Positions 48,704 through 59,521 are shown, counted from the first letter of the stretch. The stretch: 64,000 bases of DNA from a virus (IMGVR_UViG_3300029288_000086:32001-96000); one strand, 5' to 3'. Made by a program: numbers and translations. Notes: generated by a model not told the origin, from the letters alone.

Positions 48704-49171
48704 TTATATAATACGATCCGGTATTTTTACCTGCGGAACCAATGGTTCATTTACAGGAACAACAGGATTTTCCTTCGCAATAAGCGCTTCAGTTTTTGCT
48801 ATAGCTTCTGGTGATTTCTCTTTTCCTACATTAAAATTATTATAGACAGCAGCTTCAATCGCGGCATCTAATACAGCCAAATCAATTTTAACCTTGTGAG
48901 AATCTAGATAAGTTTGTGCAATCTTAATAGCTTCATCTTTTTTGCTAACAATAACACCGTCAAGATCAAGTTGCTCGGCACATTGAACTGCTAAGTCTAC
49001 TGCCTCTTGCAAAATAGCCCTATTCTTATCGCTAAGTTGTCCTTGAATTTTTACAATAACTTCCTTAATCCATGCGCTAATAAGCGTAGCGAAAGCAACT
49101 GCCAAAATCGGTAAAGATAGTTCCAACACCTTTTGTAAAAATGTCCAAAAGAATTGTGTAAAAACTTCCAT
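48704..49171 (-). CDS. holin (LL-H-like)
   Basis: N-terminal TM helix, AVQCAEQ, KK..A, IEAAV. Confidence 0.75.
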   Translation of the reverse strand: MEVFTQFFWTFLQKVLELSLPILAVAFATLISAWIKEVIVKIQGQLSDKNRAILQEAVDLAVQCAEQLDLDGVIVSKKDEAIKIAQTYLDSHKVKIDLAVLDAAIEAAVYNNFNVGKEKSPEAIAKTEALIAKENPVVPVNEPLVPQVKIPDRII

Positions 49172-49197
49172 ATATTATTCTCCTTTTGTAAATATTA

Positions 49198-49686
49198 TTA
49201 ACCTCGTATAAACGAGATATCATGCGCGACAAACGCCCCTTCCAATATTGCATCAAAACTTCCATCTTCTAGCATTCGTTCCACAACATTCCAGAAAGGT
49301 CTTGCTTCACCAGCATATCCACCAAAATCATAATTATTCCCAGATTCTATGTATTCAGCAAGATTTTTACGTCTATCTAAAACACTGTTACCATGTTGAT
49401 GTTCATCAGGATTATATTCCATTCGTGCCCAATCATACCCCACTCTGGCACTAATTTCGTTCCCGATAAACTTTGCAGTATCCTTCGACCATGCATCTAG
49501 AAAACCCCCACTATCCATAAGTCTAACATAATCTCCGCTATAAGGATAGTCTTCATAAACATTTAAGAAAACAACCTCTTTTATATTTTCCAAAATTACT
49601 TGAGTTACATCATCCATGATCTTTCTCAGATCATTTCCGATAATTTGCATCAGCATAGCATCATTTGTTATAGGAGTACTGTTCAT
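49198..49686 (-). CDS. tail completion/neck-like protein
   Basis: VY..Y....Y.R and ARPF pattern; position in the tail module. Confidence 0.5.
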   Translation of the reverse strand: MNSTPITNDAMLMQIIGNDLRKIMDDVTQVILENIKEVVFLNVYEDYPYSGDYVRLMDSGGFLDAWSKDTAKFIGNEISARVGYDWARMEYNPDEHQHGNSVLDRRKNLAEYIESGNNYDFGGYAGEARPFWNVVERMLEDGSFDAILEGAFVAHDISFIRG

Positions 49687-49692
49687 AAGAAT

Positions 49693-49959
49693 TTACCTCC
49701 TATTATACTTAGAATTATTAAATTTATCTTTATCTTTCCATGATTTCTCAAGAACAACTGCCTCAACAACCTCGACTTTATTATTGTTGCGCTTATCTGT
49801 TATATTTTCCCTGCACCCACATTCGTCACAAATACGAAATGTTTCAACATAACTTGCCCCTGTTTCGTCATCAATAATATCAACAATGCTCATCCTGTCA
49901 TTTTCACAGTCAGGACACGGATGTTTTATCTTTTTTCTAAATTTCTCTTTCACAGTCAT
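49693..49959 (-). CDS. zinc-ribbon protein
   Basis: CPDC and CDEC. Confidence 0.6.
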   Translation of the reverse strand: MTVKEKFRKKIKHPCPDCENDRMSIVDIIDDETGASYVETFRICDECGCRENITDKRNNNKVEVVEAVVLEKSWKDKDKFNNSKYNRR

Positions 49960-49971
49960 ATTTATCTTTTC

Positions 49972-49991
49972 AATGAAATCACGATTTCATG
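49972..49991 (-). repeat. Copy of the dyad repeat in the late region
   Basis: Minus strand reads CCCCATGAAA TCGTGA TTTCATTG and contains the stop of 49979..50575. Confidence 0.9.
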
Positions 49992-50575
49992 GGGATCTTT
50001 TGTGTTGTTTCGGAAGGCTTTTTAGATTTCTTTTCCGAAACGGAAGAGGTGCCCTCAATTTTAGGGAATACTTCTGCGAGTTGCTGTAATTGGGGTGCGA
50101 TATCTTTTGCGAGATTTTGAACTCCTTCAGGAGACCAATCCATCTGTGAAATATTATCAATAAACAATCCTACTTTGTCAATAAGTTTATTTAACTTTCC
50201 TTCCAGATTTTTTTGTTGGGAGATTCTTTCGATGTCTCTTGACAATTCTGCAAAATTAATAATAGCACTTTTAATTTTATACCAAGCACCTGTATTCAAA
50301 AGATTGTCTACAAATTTAGTGGCTTTTTCATTATCATTTTTTTCATCCTCAATATTAATATCAGTCATAATATTAATGACATTTAAAACCAAATTAAGTT
50401 CTGCCTCTAAGTGAGATTCTACGGGGGACAATTCTCTCTCTGCAAAATAAGCATCCAATATAGCATGCTTTCCTGTAATATCAAGATAAGAATTTACCCA
50501 TATTTTCTGATTGCCAACCTCAATCTCTGTTTTTACTTTTTCTGGAAATTTTAAATCAATCTTTTTTTCTTCCAT
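49979..50575 (-). CDS. hypothetical protein (possible tail chaperone)
   Basis: AAGGA RBS; between major tail and tape measure genes. Confidence 0.55.
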   Translation of the reverse strand: MEEKKIDLKFPEKVKTEIEVGNQKIWVNSYLDITGKHAILDAYFAERELSPVESHLEAELNLVLNVINIMTDINIEDEKNDNEKATKFVDNLLNTGAWYKIKSAIINFAELSRDIERISQQKNLEGKLNKLIDKVGLFIDNISQMDWSPEGVQNLAKDIAPQLQQLAEVFPKIEGTSSVSEKKSKKPSETTQKIPMKS

Positions 50576-50603
50576 TTTTCCTTTATCCTAAAAATATAAA
50601 ATT

Positions 50604-51044
50604 TTAAAATTCTTCTTTGTCAGATTTTCTTACAACTTTGCGAGGAATTTTCATTTTGACAGGTTCTACATTAGCAGGGGCATATGTCTTAACTTGGCTA
50701 ACAAGTCTATCTGCCCAATCTCTCAAAGATTCATTCTCTGCTTTTGCTTCATCTAATTCAAACTGAAGTTCCTCTACGTCCAGTCTAAGCCCCTCTATTT
50801 CTCTTTCATATTTTCTGCAATTTGCGGTAAGTTCTTTACGCATCTCAGCTACTTGAGCAGCGGCTTCTTTAGAAATAGACAAAGCATCTGCGGTATTGTC
50901 CAACGCTAATTGGCCACCCTCAAGAATCGTTTTTTCGGTCTCTACTTTTAATTTTTGCTTATCGCTTTTAGAAAGAAAGGTCTTCCATAGCATTACTAGA
51001 ACGCCAACGATAGCGATAATGTCTGTAACGCTAAGATTCTCCAT
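50604..51044 (-). CDS. membrane-anchored coiled-coil protein
   Basis: N-terminal TM helix then heptad-like region. Confidence 0.6.
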   Translation of the reverse strand: MENLSVTDIIAIVGVLVMLWKTFLSKSDKQKLKVETEKTILEGGQLALDNTADALSISKEAAAQVAEMRKELTANCRKYEREIEGLRLDVEELQFELDEAKAENESLRDWADRLVSQVKTYAPANVEPVKMKIPRKVVRKSDKEEF

Positions 51045-51393
51045 TCCTTTTCTCTCCTCTTGTTCTAAATTTTTTAATGCTGTCACGAATTAGATCAGGT
51101 AAATAAACAGGTTTTTGATTAGCAAGCAATAACAGAAAAACTAAAATCACCATAGATGGTCGTATAAATGTAGATGCAAAATTGTATTCGCTACCTTTTG
51201 GAATAAATACTAATATAGTATAAACAACACTCCAATAAAAACCTAATACTATATATGTCCATTTAGCCCATCCAACATCAGAGAACCTTCTTTTTTTCTT
51301 CGAATTTTTTAATACATCTATTAAATTTGCTAATCCAACAATAAAGCTTCCAAAAATCATTGCATATAAATAAATGTTTGCAATAATATCCAT
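51031..51393 (-). CDS. membrane protein (3 TM)
   Basis: AGGAGG RBS; three hydrophobic segments. Confidence 0.65.
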   Translation of the reverse strand: MDIIANIYLYAMIFGSFIVGLANLIDVLKNSKKKRRFSDVGWAKWTYIVLGFYWSVVYTILVFIPKGSEYNFASTFIRPSMVILVFLLLLANQKPVYLPDLIRDSIKKFRTRGEKRNGES

Positions 51394-51456
51394 CGCATTG
51401 CCTCCTTTTAAAAAAGGGGCGAGGATTAGTCGCCCCCCTAATAGCAATGCTTAGAA

Positions 51457-52515
51457 TTAAGCAGTAGCAGTAATAGTAGCAGTATCTGTCAAAGTGCCAG
51501 AGACACTATCGGTATAGCAAGCACTAATTATAGCAATATATCCGGCAGCAATTGATGAACCAGCAGTCACAAGACCAGTATTTGCGCCAACACTATAGAA
51601 TGCAGCAGGAGGAGTTACTGAGCCTGAAGTCACGTGATACGACGCAGAAGTGGTCACATCAACATTTCCATTCAGTCCACCACGCAAGCCAAGAGCCTGA
51701 AGTTGGATGGTCTTAGGAAGTCCAGCAGCAACAGAGAATGAAGTATCTTTGCTCAAAAATAGATTATTCACACTAGGATTAGCACCAGTATAAGGGATAC
51801 GAGTAATAGTAGCATAATAATCATTGACAGTACAATTAGTCGTTTTAGTTACTAAAGCAGTCCCCTCAAGAGGTTGGCTTGAAACACCATTTGCTGTCAT
51901 TGCTAAAGTATAGTTACCCAGAACTTGGAAATTCGGAATATGAATTTGAACAAGATTGACAATACCTTTAGTAGTAGAATCTCTTTCCTGAGTAGTCAAG
52001 GTAAGGTCTACAATAGTAGGAGGAGCAACTGCTTCTACTGTAAGTTGATCGGCAGTTACCGCATATTCATAAACAGCCGTACCAGATAAACTATTTCCAC
52101 CAGAAACAGTGATTACACTACCAACAGGAGTCACGTTTTGAATAGTGGCAGGATCTCCAAGGAATACATTAACACCCTTTGTTCCAGTAGGAGTATTTGC
52201 CAAAGTAGCACTACCACTAGCAGAGAAGGTCACACATTCGGTTTTTAGAGCAGTCACAGAACTATTCAATACAGTCGTACCAGCGTTCAAAGACAAGATA
52301 TCCATATTGAAAGAAGCGTCAGTAATTTTGACATCAACTTTTTTATCATGAATATAGGTAAAGAGTAACTGGTTATTAATACCACCACGAACTTCAGTGG
52401 ATTGAGCAGACATGGTAAAAGCACTATCAATATTTGCCTTACCATACATTAAAGCAACACCAGTCGTAGAATCTCTGATAATTGCATCACCAACACTAAC
52501 AAGCACACGAGTCAT
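51457..52515 (-). CDS. major tail protein with C-terminal Ig-like domain
   Basis: EVRGG.N.L, beta-rich, followed by a terminator-like hairpin. Confidence 0.7.
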   Translation of the reverse strand: MTRVLVSVGDAIIRDSTTGVALMYGKANIDSAFTMSAQSTEVRGGINNQLLFTYIHDKKVDVKITDASFNMDILSLNAGTTVLNSSVTALKTECVTFSASGSATLANTPTGTKGVNVFLGDPATIQNVTPVGSVITVSGGNSLSGTAVYEYAVTADQLTVEAVAPPTIVDLTLTTQERDSTTKGIVNLVQIHIPNFQVLGNYTLAMTANGVSSQPLEGTALVTKTTNCTVNDYYATITRIPYTGANPSVNNLFLSKDTSFSVAAGLPKTIQLQALGLRGGLNGNVDVTTSASYHVTSGSVTPPAAFYSVGANTGLVTAGSSIAAGYIAIISACYTDSVSGTLTDTATITATA

Positions 52516-52533
52516 ATTTTATTTTCTCCTTTT

Positions 52534-53322
52534 TTATTTTAAAATGGTATTTCCGGTCAGTTCAGCTTCCAGTTTTCCGAATTCTTCCTGACTCATCAAT
52601 ATACTATCATATCTATCTTTTTTCTTTCTATGATAAAGATATGACTGTAATTTTCCACTTTTCATTTTTACTTGCCCTGATGCTATCAAAGGCTCATAAA
52701 GTTCATATTGCTTTAAAACAATAATTCTATCAAATAATTCTGATAGTTGATAAAGAGTCCATTCCCCTATTTCTTTAGGAATATATTTAAATAAAACAGA
52801 TAATGTAAATATCTGATCATTAAAAGTAAGAGGGTATTCCCTTTGAACCCATTTCAGATTTTCTTCTAGATCTGGATTGTATTGATTAATATAATCAATA
52901 TCACTGCCATTTTGTTCAAGAATTATTTCTCTAAGATTTTCAAACTCCTCTTCTGAAAATATTGTTTTCCCAATTTGTAATTGAAAAATACTGTTATCTA
53001 AATCTTCTAAAGTTTCTACTTTCCCCTTAGCATTTAAAGCTATTATTTCAACATCTTCATTTTTTGTAATATATTTAAAAAAATCTTCAATCATATGTTG
53101 AGGGATTTGAAGTTCTATTAACACAAATTTCAAATAACTCATTTTATATAATCTTTTTGTAGAAGACGCAGCCAATTTAGGATAAGTAAAAATACCGTTA
53201 AATAATTTAATATATTCTAAATCTTTTACAAGTAAGGGGTGAAATTCTATTTCTTTATATTTTTGAGGATATCCAAAAGCATCATTAATTTCATCATAAT
53301 TTTGTATCGCTTCTGTGTTCAC
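52534..53322 (-). CDS. hypothetical tail-assembly protein
   Basis: GGAGG RBS; position in the structural module. Confidence 0.55.
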   Translation of the reverse strand: MNTEAIQNYDEINDAFGYPQKYKEIEFHPLLVKDLEYIKLFNGIFTYPKLAASSTKRLYKMSYLKFVLIELQIPQHMIEDFFKYITKNEDVEIIALNAKGKVETLEDLDNSIFQLQIGKTIFSEEEFENLREIILEQNGSDIDYINQYNPDLEENLKWVQREYPLTFNDQIFTLSVLFKYIPKEIGEWTLYQLSELFDRIIVLKQYELYEPLIASGQVKMKSGKLQSYLYHRKKKDRYDSILMSQEEFGKLEAELTGNTILK

Positions 53323-53334
53323 ATGGATACCTCC

Positions 53335-53910
53335 CTAGAAATTCTGATTACACATAATTAATTCGAAACCTTTATATACACTATTACCAACATTTATACC
53401 TGTCATACGACAATATTGAGATGCTTTATAATCAAAGAATAATCTGCCCAAGTTTTCTATATCTGCTCCGTTTAATACTTCTATCAACCGCTGTATTATA
53501 GATAATGAACGAGGATTTTTATTACTCATCATATTGATGGTTTCATGACTGTATACTTCGAAGCGAATTGATTGAGTTCCTGTTACATAATTTTTAGGAA
53601 CAACAGTTACAGGACTTATTCTTAAAACAGTAGCAACTTCTGTCCATGCAGCGCTCATGCCCGCATCAAAGAAAACTCGATAATCAGTCATCATCCCATT
53701 GCCTTGATATATTAAGGCACCTTTTTGAGCACTAGTAAGATTAGCATTTACATTTACATTCCATGCAGTATTAACAGGATATTTTAGTAATCTCCAAATA
53801 AAATCATCATTATTCATAAGATAGGTTGTAATATTATAAGGGACTTCCTCTAATTTTGTATATTTGTTATAAGCATCTTGAATACCATCTAAAATTTGGG
53901 TTGCTGTCAT
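53335..53910 (-). CDS. tail terminator-like protein
   Basis: Position; IWRLLKY, LNG..I..LG.L.F. Confidence 0.5.
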   Translation of the reverse strand: MTATQILDGIQDAYNKYTKLEEVPYNITTYLMNNDDFIWRLLKYPVNTAWNVNVNANLTSAQKGALIYQGNGMMTDYRVFFDAGMSAAWTEVATVLRISPVTVVPKNYVTGTQSIRFEVYSHETINMMSNKNPRSLSIIQRLIEVLNGADIENLGRLFFDYKASQYCRMTGINVGNSVYKGFELIMCNQNF

Positions 53911-53928
53911 TTTGCATATCTCCTTCTT

Positions 53929-55197
53929 TTAGAATGCGCCGTTAAGCGTTATTGAAATTTGTTTTGTGTATGAACCAGATGTTGCGGTTATGAGTAGGGG
54001 TAGGTCAAGGTATCGTTCTACGTTTTCTAATGAGAATCCATTATTATTTGTAATCATAATGTAATGATCAGTAGGAACATTTGTATTAGCAGCCGCAAAT
54101 GTAAAGGTATTTGCTTGTGCTACGCCATTAGTATAGAGATATGTTGTAAATATTGTTGTATCTCCTTCTAATATTTCTGTGTTATCTGATGGTAATACTC
54201 GTATCTCGGTTGTAGTCGTTCCAGATGCGGTCACAGATATTAATGCAGATGCCGATACGGAAGGATTACCTCCCATATACGATGTTATTGTTGTACTTCC
54301 AGATGCATTTAGAGTAATCGATCCAGATGTGTTGACAGTAGCTATGGTTGATGAACTAGTCGCATAGGTAAGAGAACCAGTTGTAGGTAGGTTGTTACAG
54401 AGTAGAGTAGCATTGATAGGATATGATTCTGATACGTTACCTGATATTTGAGAGGCTGAGAGGGAAATAGAGTACACCAACTTGTAGTAATCTGCGATAC
54501 CCAAAGTTAAGTTATCGGTTTGTGTATTATATTGATATCCGCCCATAGTCAAGGTCATCATTCTCGCTGTTGTATCTGTCAACGTTTGCTGATTTTGGGA
54601 ATTCATGATCCCGTTACCAAACAATTTCCAACACACTCTTTGATTTGGACGTCCAAATAAGAATCTTTGATTTGGCTGAACCAATTCTGTACGAGTATTT
54701 AGCTGTAGGAAACAGTCGCAATATCCTTGCGGAAGTGCAAGATCATCCTGCCTGAGCAAATCACGGGTTCCGGTGATATCATAATCCACGACAAGTGGCT
54801 CTTGATAAATAACACCGTTGTCACCAATCCAACGCAATTGCTCATTACATCTTCGAACAACACAATTCAAAAGTACTGACTTTATATTATCTGTAAATAC
54901 GCAGAGCCAAAAATTATCATCAAAGTAGAAAAGTGTGCCAATTGTAGGAATAAAAGTTTCATAAGTATCCAAGATTATTTGTTTCCAATCGTCTCCACGT
55001 TTTTGACCTGTTTTACTATCCACAACAGCAGTAATACGAACATCTATGTCTTGATATATTTGACTTCCAAAAGATATTTCTCGTTGTATAGTAAAAATAT
55101 CTGTACTATTTTTAAATAGTGTATGTCCTGCGTATTTATACTCATTTACTTTTATTTGACTAGCGGAAGGGGTTTGTCCGAGCGCAAATCTCATCAT
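53929..55197 (-). CDS. head-tail joining protein with Ig-like C-terminal domains
   Basis: RRCN..L.W; Y.TS...IATV...G.IT Big_2-like repeat. Confidence 0.6.
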   Translation of the reverse strand: MMRFALGQTPSASQIKVNEYKYAGHTLFKNSTDIFTIQREISFGSQIYQDIDVRITAVVDSKTGQKRGDDWKQIILDTYETFIPTIGTLFYFDDNFWLCVFTDNIKSVLLNCVVRRCNEQLRWIGDNGVIYQEPLVVDYDITGTRDLLRQDDLALPQGYCDCFLQLNTRTELVQPNQRFLFGRPNQRVCWKLFGNGIMNSQNQQTLTDTTARMMTLTMGGYQYNTQTDNLTLGIADYYKLVYSISLSASQISGNVSESYPINATLLCNNLPTTGSLTYATSSSTIATVNTSGSITLNASGSTTITSYMGGNPSVSASALISVTASGTTTTEIRVLPSDNTEILEGDTTIFTTYLYTNGVAQANTFTFAAANTNVPTDHYIMITNNNGFSLENVERYLDLPLLITATSGSYTKQISITLNGAF

Positions 55198-55209
55198 ATT
55201 ACCCCTCCT

Positions 55210-55686
55210 TTATGTAGTATAAAAAGTCTGATTAAACCAATTGTCCCAAGACACATTATTATCCCAATCATAATCACCCAATAACTTATCAACGCCTTCA
55301 ATAACTTCAATCAAGTATGCTTTCATTGATGGAAGCATGGGAGCAGACATCTTAAATTCCCTATCAACAAAATATCTTCCAAGGGCATTTTTGTCTGATA
55401 CTTGTTGTTGCAACCATTGTTTAACCATTGCGCGAGACAAAATATTGATCTCTCTACTTGCCAAATCTCTTGTAAAATATCCGACAACAGACGATCCAGA
55501 CCCTTCGGTATAACTCATATCTGCCGTTGTTACTCTTGAAAAATCATCAATTGCGGCGAGAAGCCAGTATTCAGTATAATTGACCATCGCAGCAGATCCG
55601 CTAGTAGTATAAAGCGTGTTCAAAGTATCATCATTTTTTATTTGTAGCATAAATCTGTCTACAACACTACTTGCACTTGTTCCCAT
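55210..55686 (-). CDS. head-tail connector-like protein
   Basis: V.DRF..I...EINILS..M...W pattern; position after the capsid genes. Confidence 0.5.
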   Translation of the reverse strand: MGTSASSVVDRFMLQIKNDDTLNTLYTTSGSAAMVNYTEYWLLAAIDDFSRVTTADMSYTEGSGSSVVGYFTRDLASREINILSRAMVKQWLQQQVSDKNALGRYFVDREFKMSAPMLPSMKAYLIEVIEGVDKLLGDYDWDNNVSWDNWFNQTFYTT

Positions 55687-55795
55687 AGCCCTCCTTTCTT
55701 ATTGTTTAATTTTTATCAATATAGTTAATATTAAAAAATCTACCTTCGATTAAAAAGATAGATTTGTTAATATATATTATAATTTTTTATTTTTA

Positions 55796-56836
55796 TCAGG
55801 GGATTATTAGTTCACCAGATGCTATTTTTTGTTGTTCTTTGTATTGCATAAAATCTTCAAATTGATTAAGTGAATTGTTATATTGCCCATACCAGCTATG
55901 AAATTCGTCGTGGTGTTTCTTACAAATTGCTACACCCAATAAATGCCTGTAATGTATTTCTAAAACTTTATCAACTATAATATCTATTTCTTTAGTGTCA
56001 TACTCTGAAATTCTTAATCTTCTTTTTATACCCAATTCTCTAAAAGCATCATGAACTATATTATAAAAATTATAAAGATGGTGTATATGAAGATGTTTTG
56101 TTTCACCGCAAATTAAACATTTATGATTAGATATTTCTAAAGATTCATCCCTCCATTTTTTCATTTTCTTTTGCAAATAACTAAAAATTAATGTTTTACC
56201 ACCTTGCCAATTGTTTCCTCCCTCGCCTCTTTTTTCTAACGAAACTCTTTCTGTTGTACATTGATTGCATCTACAAGAATATAATAAACTTGAAATATCA
56301 TGAGTTTCAATATGTCCTTTTGGGCATTTCGTTTTTACTACAGAATGATTATTTAAATAACCATCTACAAATTCTACTATTTCAAGTCCTTTTGTTTTTA
56401 AACGATTTTCAATTTCTTTCTCACCTAATCGCCTTGATTTTCCACCTAGTTTTCTACCACATTCAGGACAACGCGACCCTTTTTTAAAATTATAAAAAGA
56501 TAATTCTTTCGTATGTCCACAAGGAAAGCTTATTAAAAGTTTCTCATCTACACCATAATAATTTTCAGAAATCAATTCACAATCTGTCGAATTTATATAG
56601 TTTTTAACATAATCAAAAGAAAACGAATGCTTTTTTCGTCTACCTTCATTCGCGCACTGGGGACATCCGGTTCCTCTTCCAATTATATCTCGCGGCATAG
56701 TATAGAAATCAACACCGTGGAGATTACATCTAAATTTTCCTTTTGCACTCATTTTTGTATATTCTAACACCGTAATATTATTTCCAAATTTTTCAAACAC
56801 CAAATATTCTATTTCTTTCAAATCTTTTTTTCTCAA
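55796..56836 (-). CDS. HNH endonuclease with Zn-ribbon repeats
   Basis: C..H, CPQC, CPEC; NWQGG; CLICG...HIHH...C..HH..FH..YG. Confidence 0.8.
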   Translation of the reverse strand: MRKKDLKEIEYLVFEKFGNNITVLEYTKMSAKGKFRCNLHGVDFYTMPRDIIGRGTGCPQCANEGRRKKHSFSFDYVKNYINSTDCELISENYYGVDEKLLISFPCGHTKELSFYNFKKGSRCPECGRKLGGKSRRLGEKEIENRLKTKGLEIVEFVDGYLNNHSVVKTKCPKGHIETHDISSLLYSCRCNQCTTERVSLEKRGEGGNNWQGGKTLIFSYLQKKMKKWRDESLEISNHKCLICGETKHLHIHHLYNFYNIVHDAFRELGIKRRLRISEYDTKEIDIIVDKVLEIHYRHLLGVAICKKHHDEFHSWYGQYNNSLNQFEDFMQYKEQQKIASGELIIP

Positions 56837-56952
56837 TTTTATCTCCCAATTTCAATAAATACCCTTAATTATAAAAATGAGCGAAAGAATACTTAAGGGT
56901 CGTATTCTTGTCAACAAATTCATGAGGTTTGTCTATCCGCTCATTTACATTT

Positions 56953-56981
56953 ATATTACCACACTTTTACAATTTTGTCAA
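56953..56981 (-). promoter_or_regulatory. sigma70-type promoter for the HNH gene
   Basis: Minus strand TTGACA-17 bp-TAATAT with TGTG. Confidence 0.8.
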
Positions 56982-57038
56982 GGGTTAAATAAATATTCCT
57001 TCCCTCTTATTGCTATATAGTAAAAACCACGTTATTTT

Positions 57039-57707
57039 CTAATCTTCTAATTTGTTCCTTTCAATGCTTTCTTTTTGAGCCATCACCCTCTGATTAATAT
57101 CAATGCCTGAAATTTCAGAAACTTTACGAATTAAATTCATATCAATATCTTGACCTTCAACAAGCATTTCTATTAACATATTTGCAATAATCCCTTGTTG
57201 GCCAACATTTGCAGATTTAAGTAATTTATCAGAATTTGGGGAATTTGCTAATATTTCTTTTATTTTATCGGCGCTTAAAATTTTCTTATAATCTTCTTCC
57301 ATGCCTAATAGTCTAACAGCAGAGGTATTATTTACAAAAAAATATCCTTTTCTTGCAAAATTTCTTTGATTCTCTTTAATTTGCGCAATTTCTGAAAACA
57401 TGATATTTTTTGTTTCACCAAAATAATCAAAACTATATCTGTTTCCTTGTCCGTGATCTTTTGTATTTAAATTAAGCTTATCATTACAAAGGCTGACAAC
57501 TTCAATCATGTCATTTGGAGATATGTTCACATATTGTTGCTGATTCTGTTTACTTTCTAATTCTAAAGCTTTATTTTTCCAATATTCTAGTTCAGATATA
57601 TTGGGATCATCATGCCTTACGGTTGAAACTTTTTTTAAAACTTTTTTTGCCCCTTCTCCGTTCTGAGAAGAATTTATTACTTTATCTAAAGATTTAGCGG
57701 GAGCCAT
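57039..57707 (-). CDS. hypothetical protein after the capsid gene
   Basis: AAGGA RBS. Confidence 0.65.
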   Translation of the reverse strand: MAPAKSLDKVINSSQNGEGAKKVLKKVSTVRHDDPNISELEYWKNKALELESKQNQQQYVNISPNDMIEVVSLCNDKLNLNTKDHGQGNRYSFDYFGETKNIMFSEIAQIKENQRNFARKGYFFVNNTSAVRLLGMEEDYKKILSADKIKEILANSPNSDKLLKSANVGQQGIIANMLIEMLVEGQDIDMNLIRKVSEISGIDINQRVMAQKESIERNKLED

Positions 57708-57750
57708 TTTTTTATTTTCCTTTTCTTTTTTATAAAATTTTTATTTTGAT

Positions 57751-57780
57751 AATATGGAGGGCTTTTACACCCTCCATATT
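57751..57780 (-). terminator. terminator after the major capsid gene
   Basis: AATATGGAGGG-loop-CCCTCCATATT. Confidence 0.75.
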
Positions 57781-57794
57781 TAACATACTGAACG

Positions 57795-58931
57795 TTATGA
57801 AACTGTAATCTCGGCTGCGACGCTCGAAGTAACTACGCCAACAGTCCAAGATTTCCACATAGTAGCCTGTTGAGACATGTCTGGATTAGCATATGGTTCA
57901 TCGACATTACTCATAGCTGTTCCACCAATAACACATTTGATAAGCTTATCGGTTCCAGGAGCAACAATCCAAACACGATCATTATTCAAGAAAGTAGCAA
58001 ATGGGCCGGTAGAAAAGTCGGCAACCTGCGGTAGTTCATAGGTATTAATACCAGAAATGTTGCGCATATAACCAAGTTTCACATAATCGCTTTCGATCTC
58101 GTATCTATAATTAGCATCATTTGGAAAGATTTTATTTAAGGCAATCTTGGTGCCAACAGCAATAGTAGCAGCCCCACCTGACCACGATGAAACTTTATCT
58201 GATAAAGTAATCAAATCGTCTTGGGAATATCCGACTACGCGCAATCCGGTGGATGCGGTAGTTGAGAGTGCGGCCATAGCAGTAGCCATAGATGTATAAA
58301 TATCCCGACTCATCTCTGTCTCAAGTGCCAGCAACGCCTTGGCGATAAAGTTTCCGAGGCTCTCCTTGCCGGTAAGAACTCTCCACAAATTAAGACTAAC
58401 CGTAACTTGTCTCATTTCAGGAGTCAAGAACTTCTGGCCAAGGAATTGAGTCTGGCGATTAGCCTGTTTCTTTCCGAGATTTGAAGCTTTAGTAACAGCA
58501 AAAATATCACGAGAGCGAATATCGAAGATGGCTGTTTCGCCCCAACCAACGGTTTGTATCGACGCGAAAGCGCTGTTTCCCTTCAAAACCGTATCGGGCA
58601 GAATACTGTCAATAATTTGAGTACCAATATTTCCGATAGCCCAGCGAAGAGTAGGGTGATTATGATATTCATTAGCAGTAGCAGGAGAAAGATCGGTAAT
58701 ACCGACTTTCTTTGCGGCATAATTCAAAATCATTTCACTTAAAGCTTCTGATTTTTGGGTTAAGGTAACTTCTTTGCCTTCACGATCTTTTGATGCATAA
58801 GAAAACTTGGTTGATGTATTTCTAGAATTTTCGGATTGGTAATGATTCCAAAAATCAATAGAACTTTCAAGAATAGTTTTCATGTCTACATCGGCAGCAA
58901 AATGTAAAACGTTTGCAGGTAATTTAGTCAT
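57795..58931 (-). CDS. major capsid protein
   Basis: 378 aa after the protease and decoration genes, GGAGG RBS, followed by a terminator. Confidence 0.75.
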   Translation of the reverse strand: MTKLPANVLHFAADVDMKTILESSIDFWNHYQSENSRNTSTKFSYASKDREGKEVTLTQKSEALSEMILNYAAKKVGITDLSPATANEYHNHPTLRWAIGNIGTQIIDSILPDTVLKGNSAFASIQTVGWGETAIFDIRSRDIFAVTKASNLGKKQANRQTQFLGQKFLTPEMRQVTVSLNLWRVLTGKESLGNFIAKALLALETEMSRDIYTSMATAMAALSTTASTGLRVVGYSQDDLITLSDKVSSWSGGAATIAVGTKIALNKIFPNDANYRYEIESDYVKLGYMRNISGINTYELPQVADFSTGPFATFLNNDRVWIVAPGTDKLIKCVIGGTAMSNVDEPYANPDMSQQATMWKSWTVGVVTSSVAAEITVS

Positions 58932-58993
58932 ATTTTTATTTATCCTCCATTTTTTTTATTTTTTGTGTAAAGTCAGGTAAGAACATGACTAGA

Positions 58994-59521
58994 TTAGATG
59001 TGAGCAACTCTAAATTGGAAAGCCGCCACTCTTCCTGATCCAATGCTTCCATCAGGGAGAGATATGTAAGCGGTCTTCAAATATTGAAGATAAAAACCAT
59101 TAACAGTTACAGCAGACCACTTGAGTTTATAGTTACCGCCATCATCAGGAATAGCGTAAGCAGCAACAGTGGAACTATCGAGAGTTTCAGCGCTAACAGT
59201 CACAATATCTCCTAACTGTAAACGCCTCGCAACACCGACTTCTCCGGCAATTGTATAAAAATCACGAGCATTTCCTAGCCCATTAACTTTTTCACCAGCG
59301 CCATTAAGTAAGAAAGGCAACACTGGGGTATCAACCATGTGAATGCCGGTCATAGAAGCCGAGTTAGGAGCGGTAGCAGCAAAACATTCGCTCGCAGAAA
59401 CGGTTAACAACACGACAAGATTGCCGTTATCAAGATTGGATGCGCTTATAAAGTTTGAGCTATAAGCATTTACATCCTGTGCAGCGATACTATCTAAGTT
59501 TGTAACAGTATGATAAGTCAT
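58994..59521 (-). CDS. capsid decoration/cement protein
   Basis: LDNG.LV, GD..TVS; same upstream leader sequence as the capsid gene. Confidence 0.6.
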   Translation of the reverse strand: MTYHTVTNLDSIAAQDVNAYSSNFISASNLDNGNLVVLLTVSASECFAATAPNSASMTGIHMVDTPVLPFLLNGAGEKVNGLGNARDFYTIAGEVGVARRLQLGDIVTVSAETLDSSTVAAYAIPDDGGNYKLKWSAVTVNGFYLQYLKTAYISLPDGSIGSGRVAAFQFRVAHI

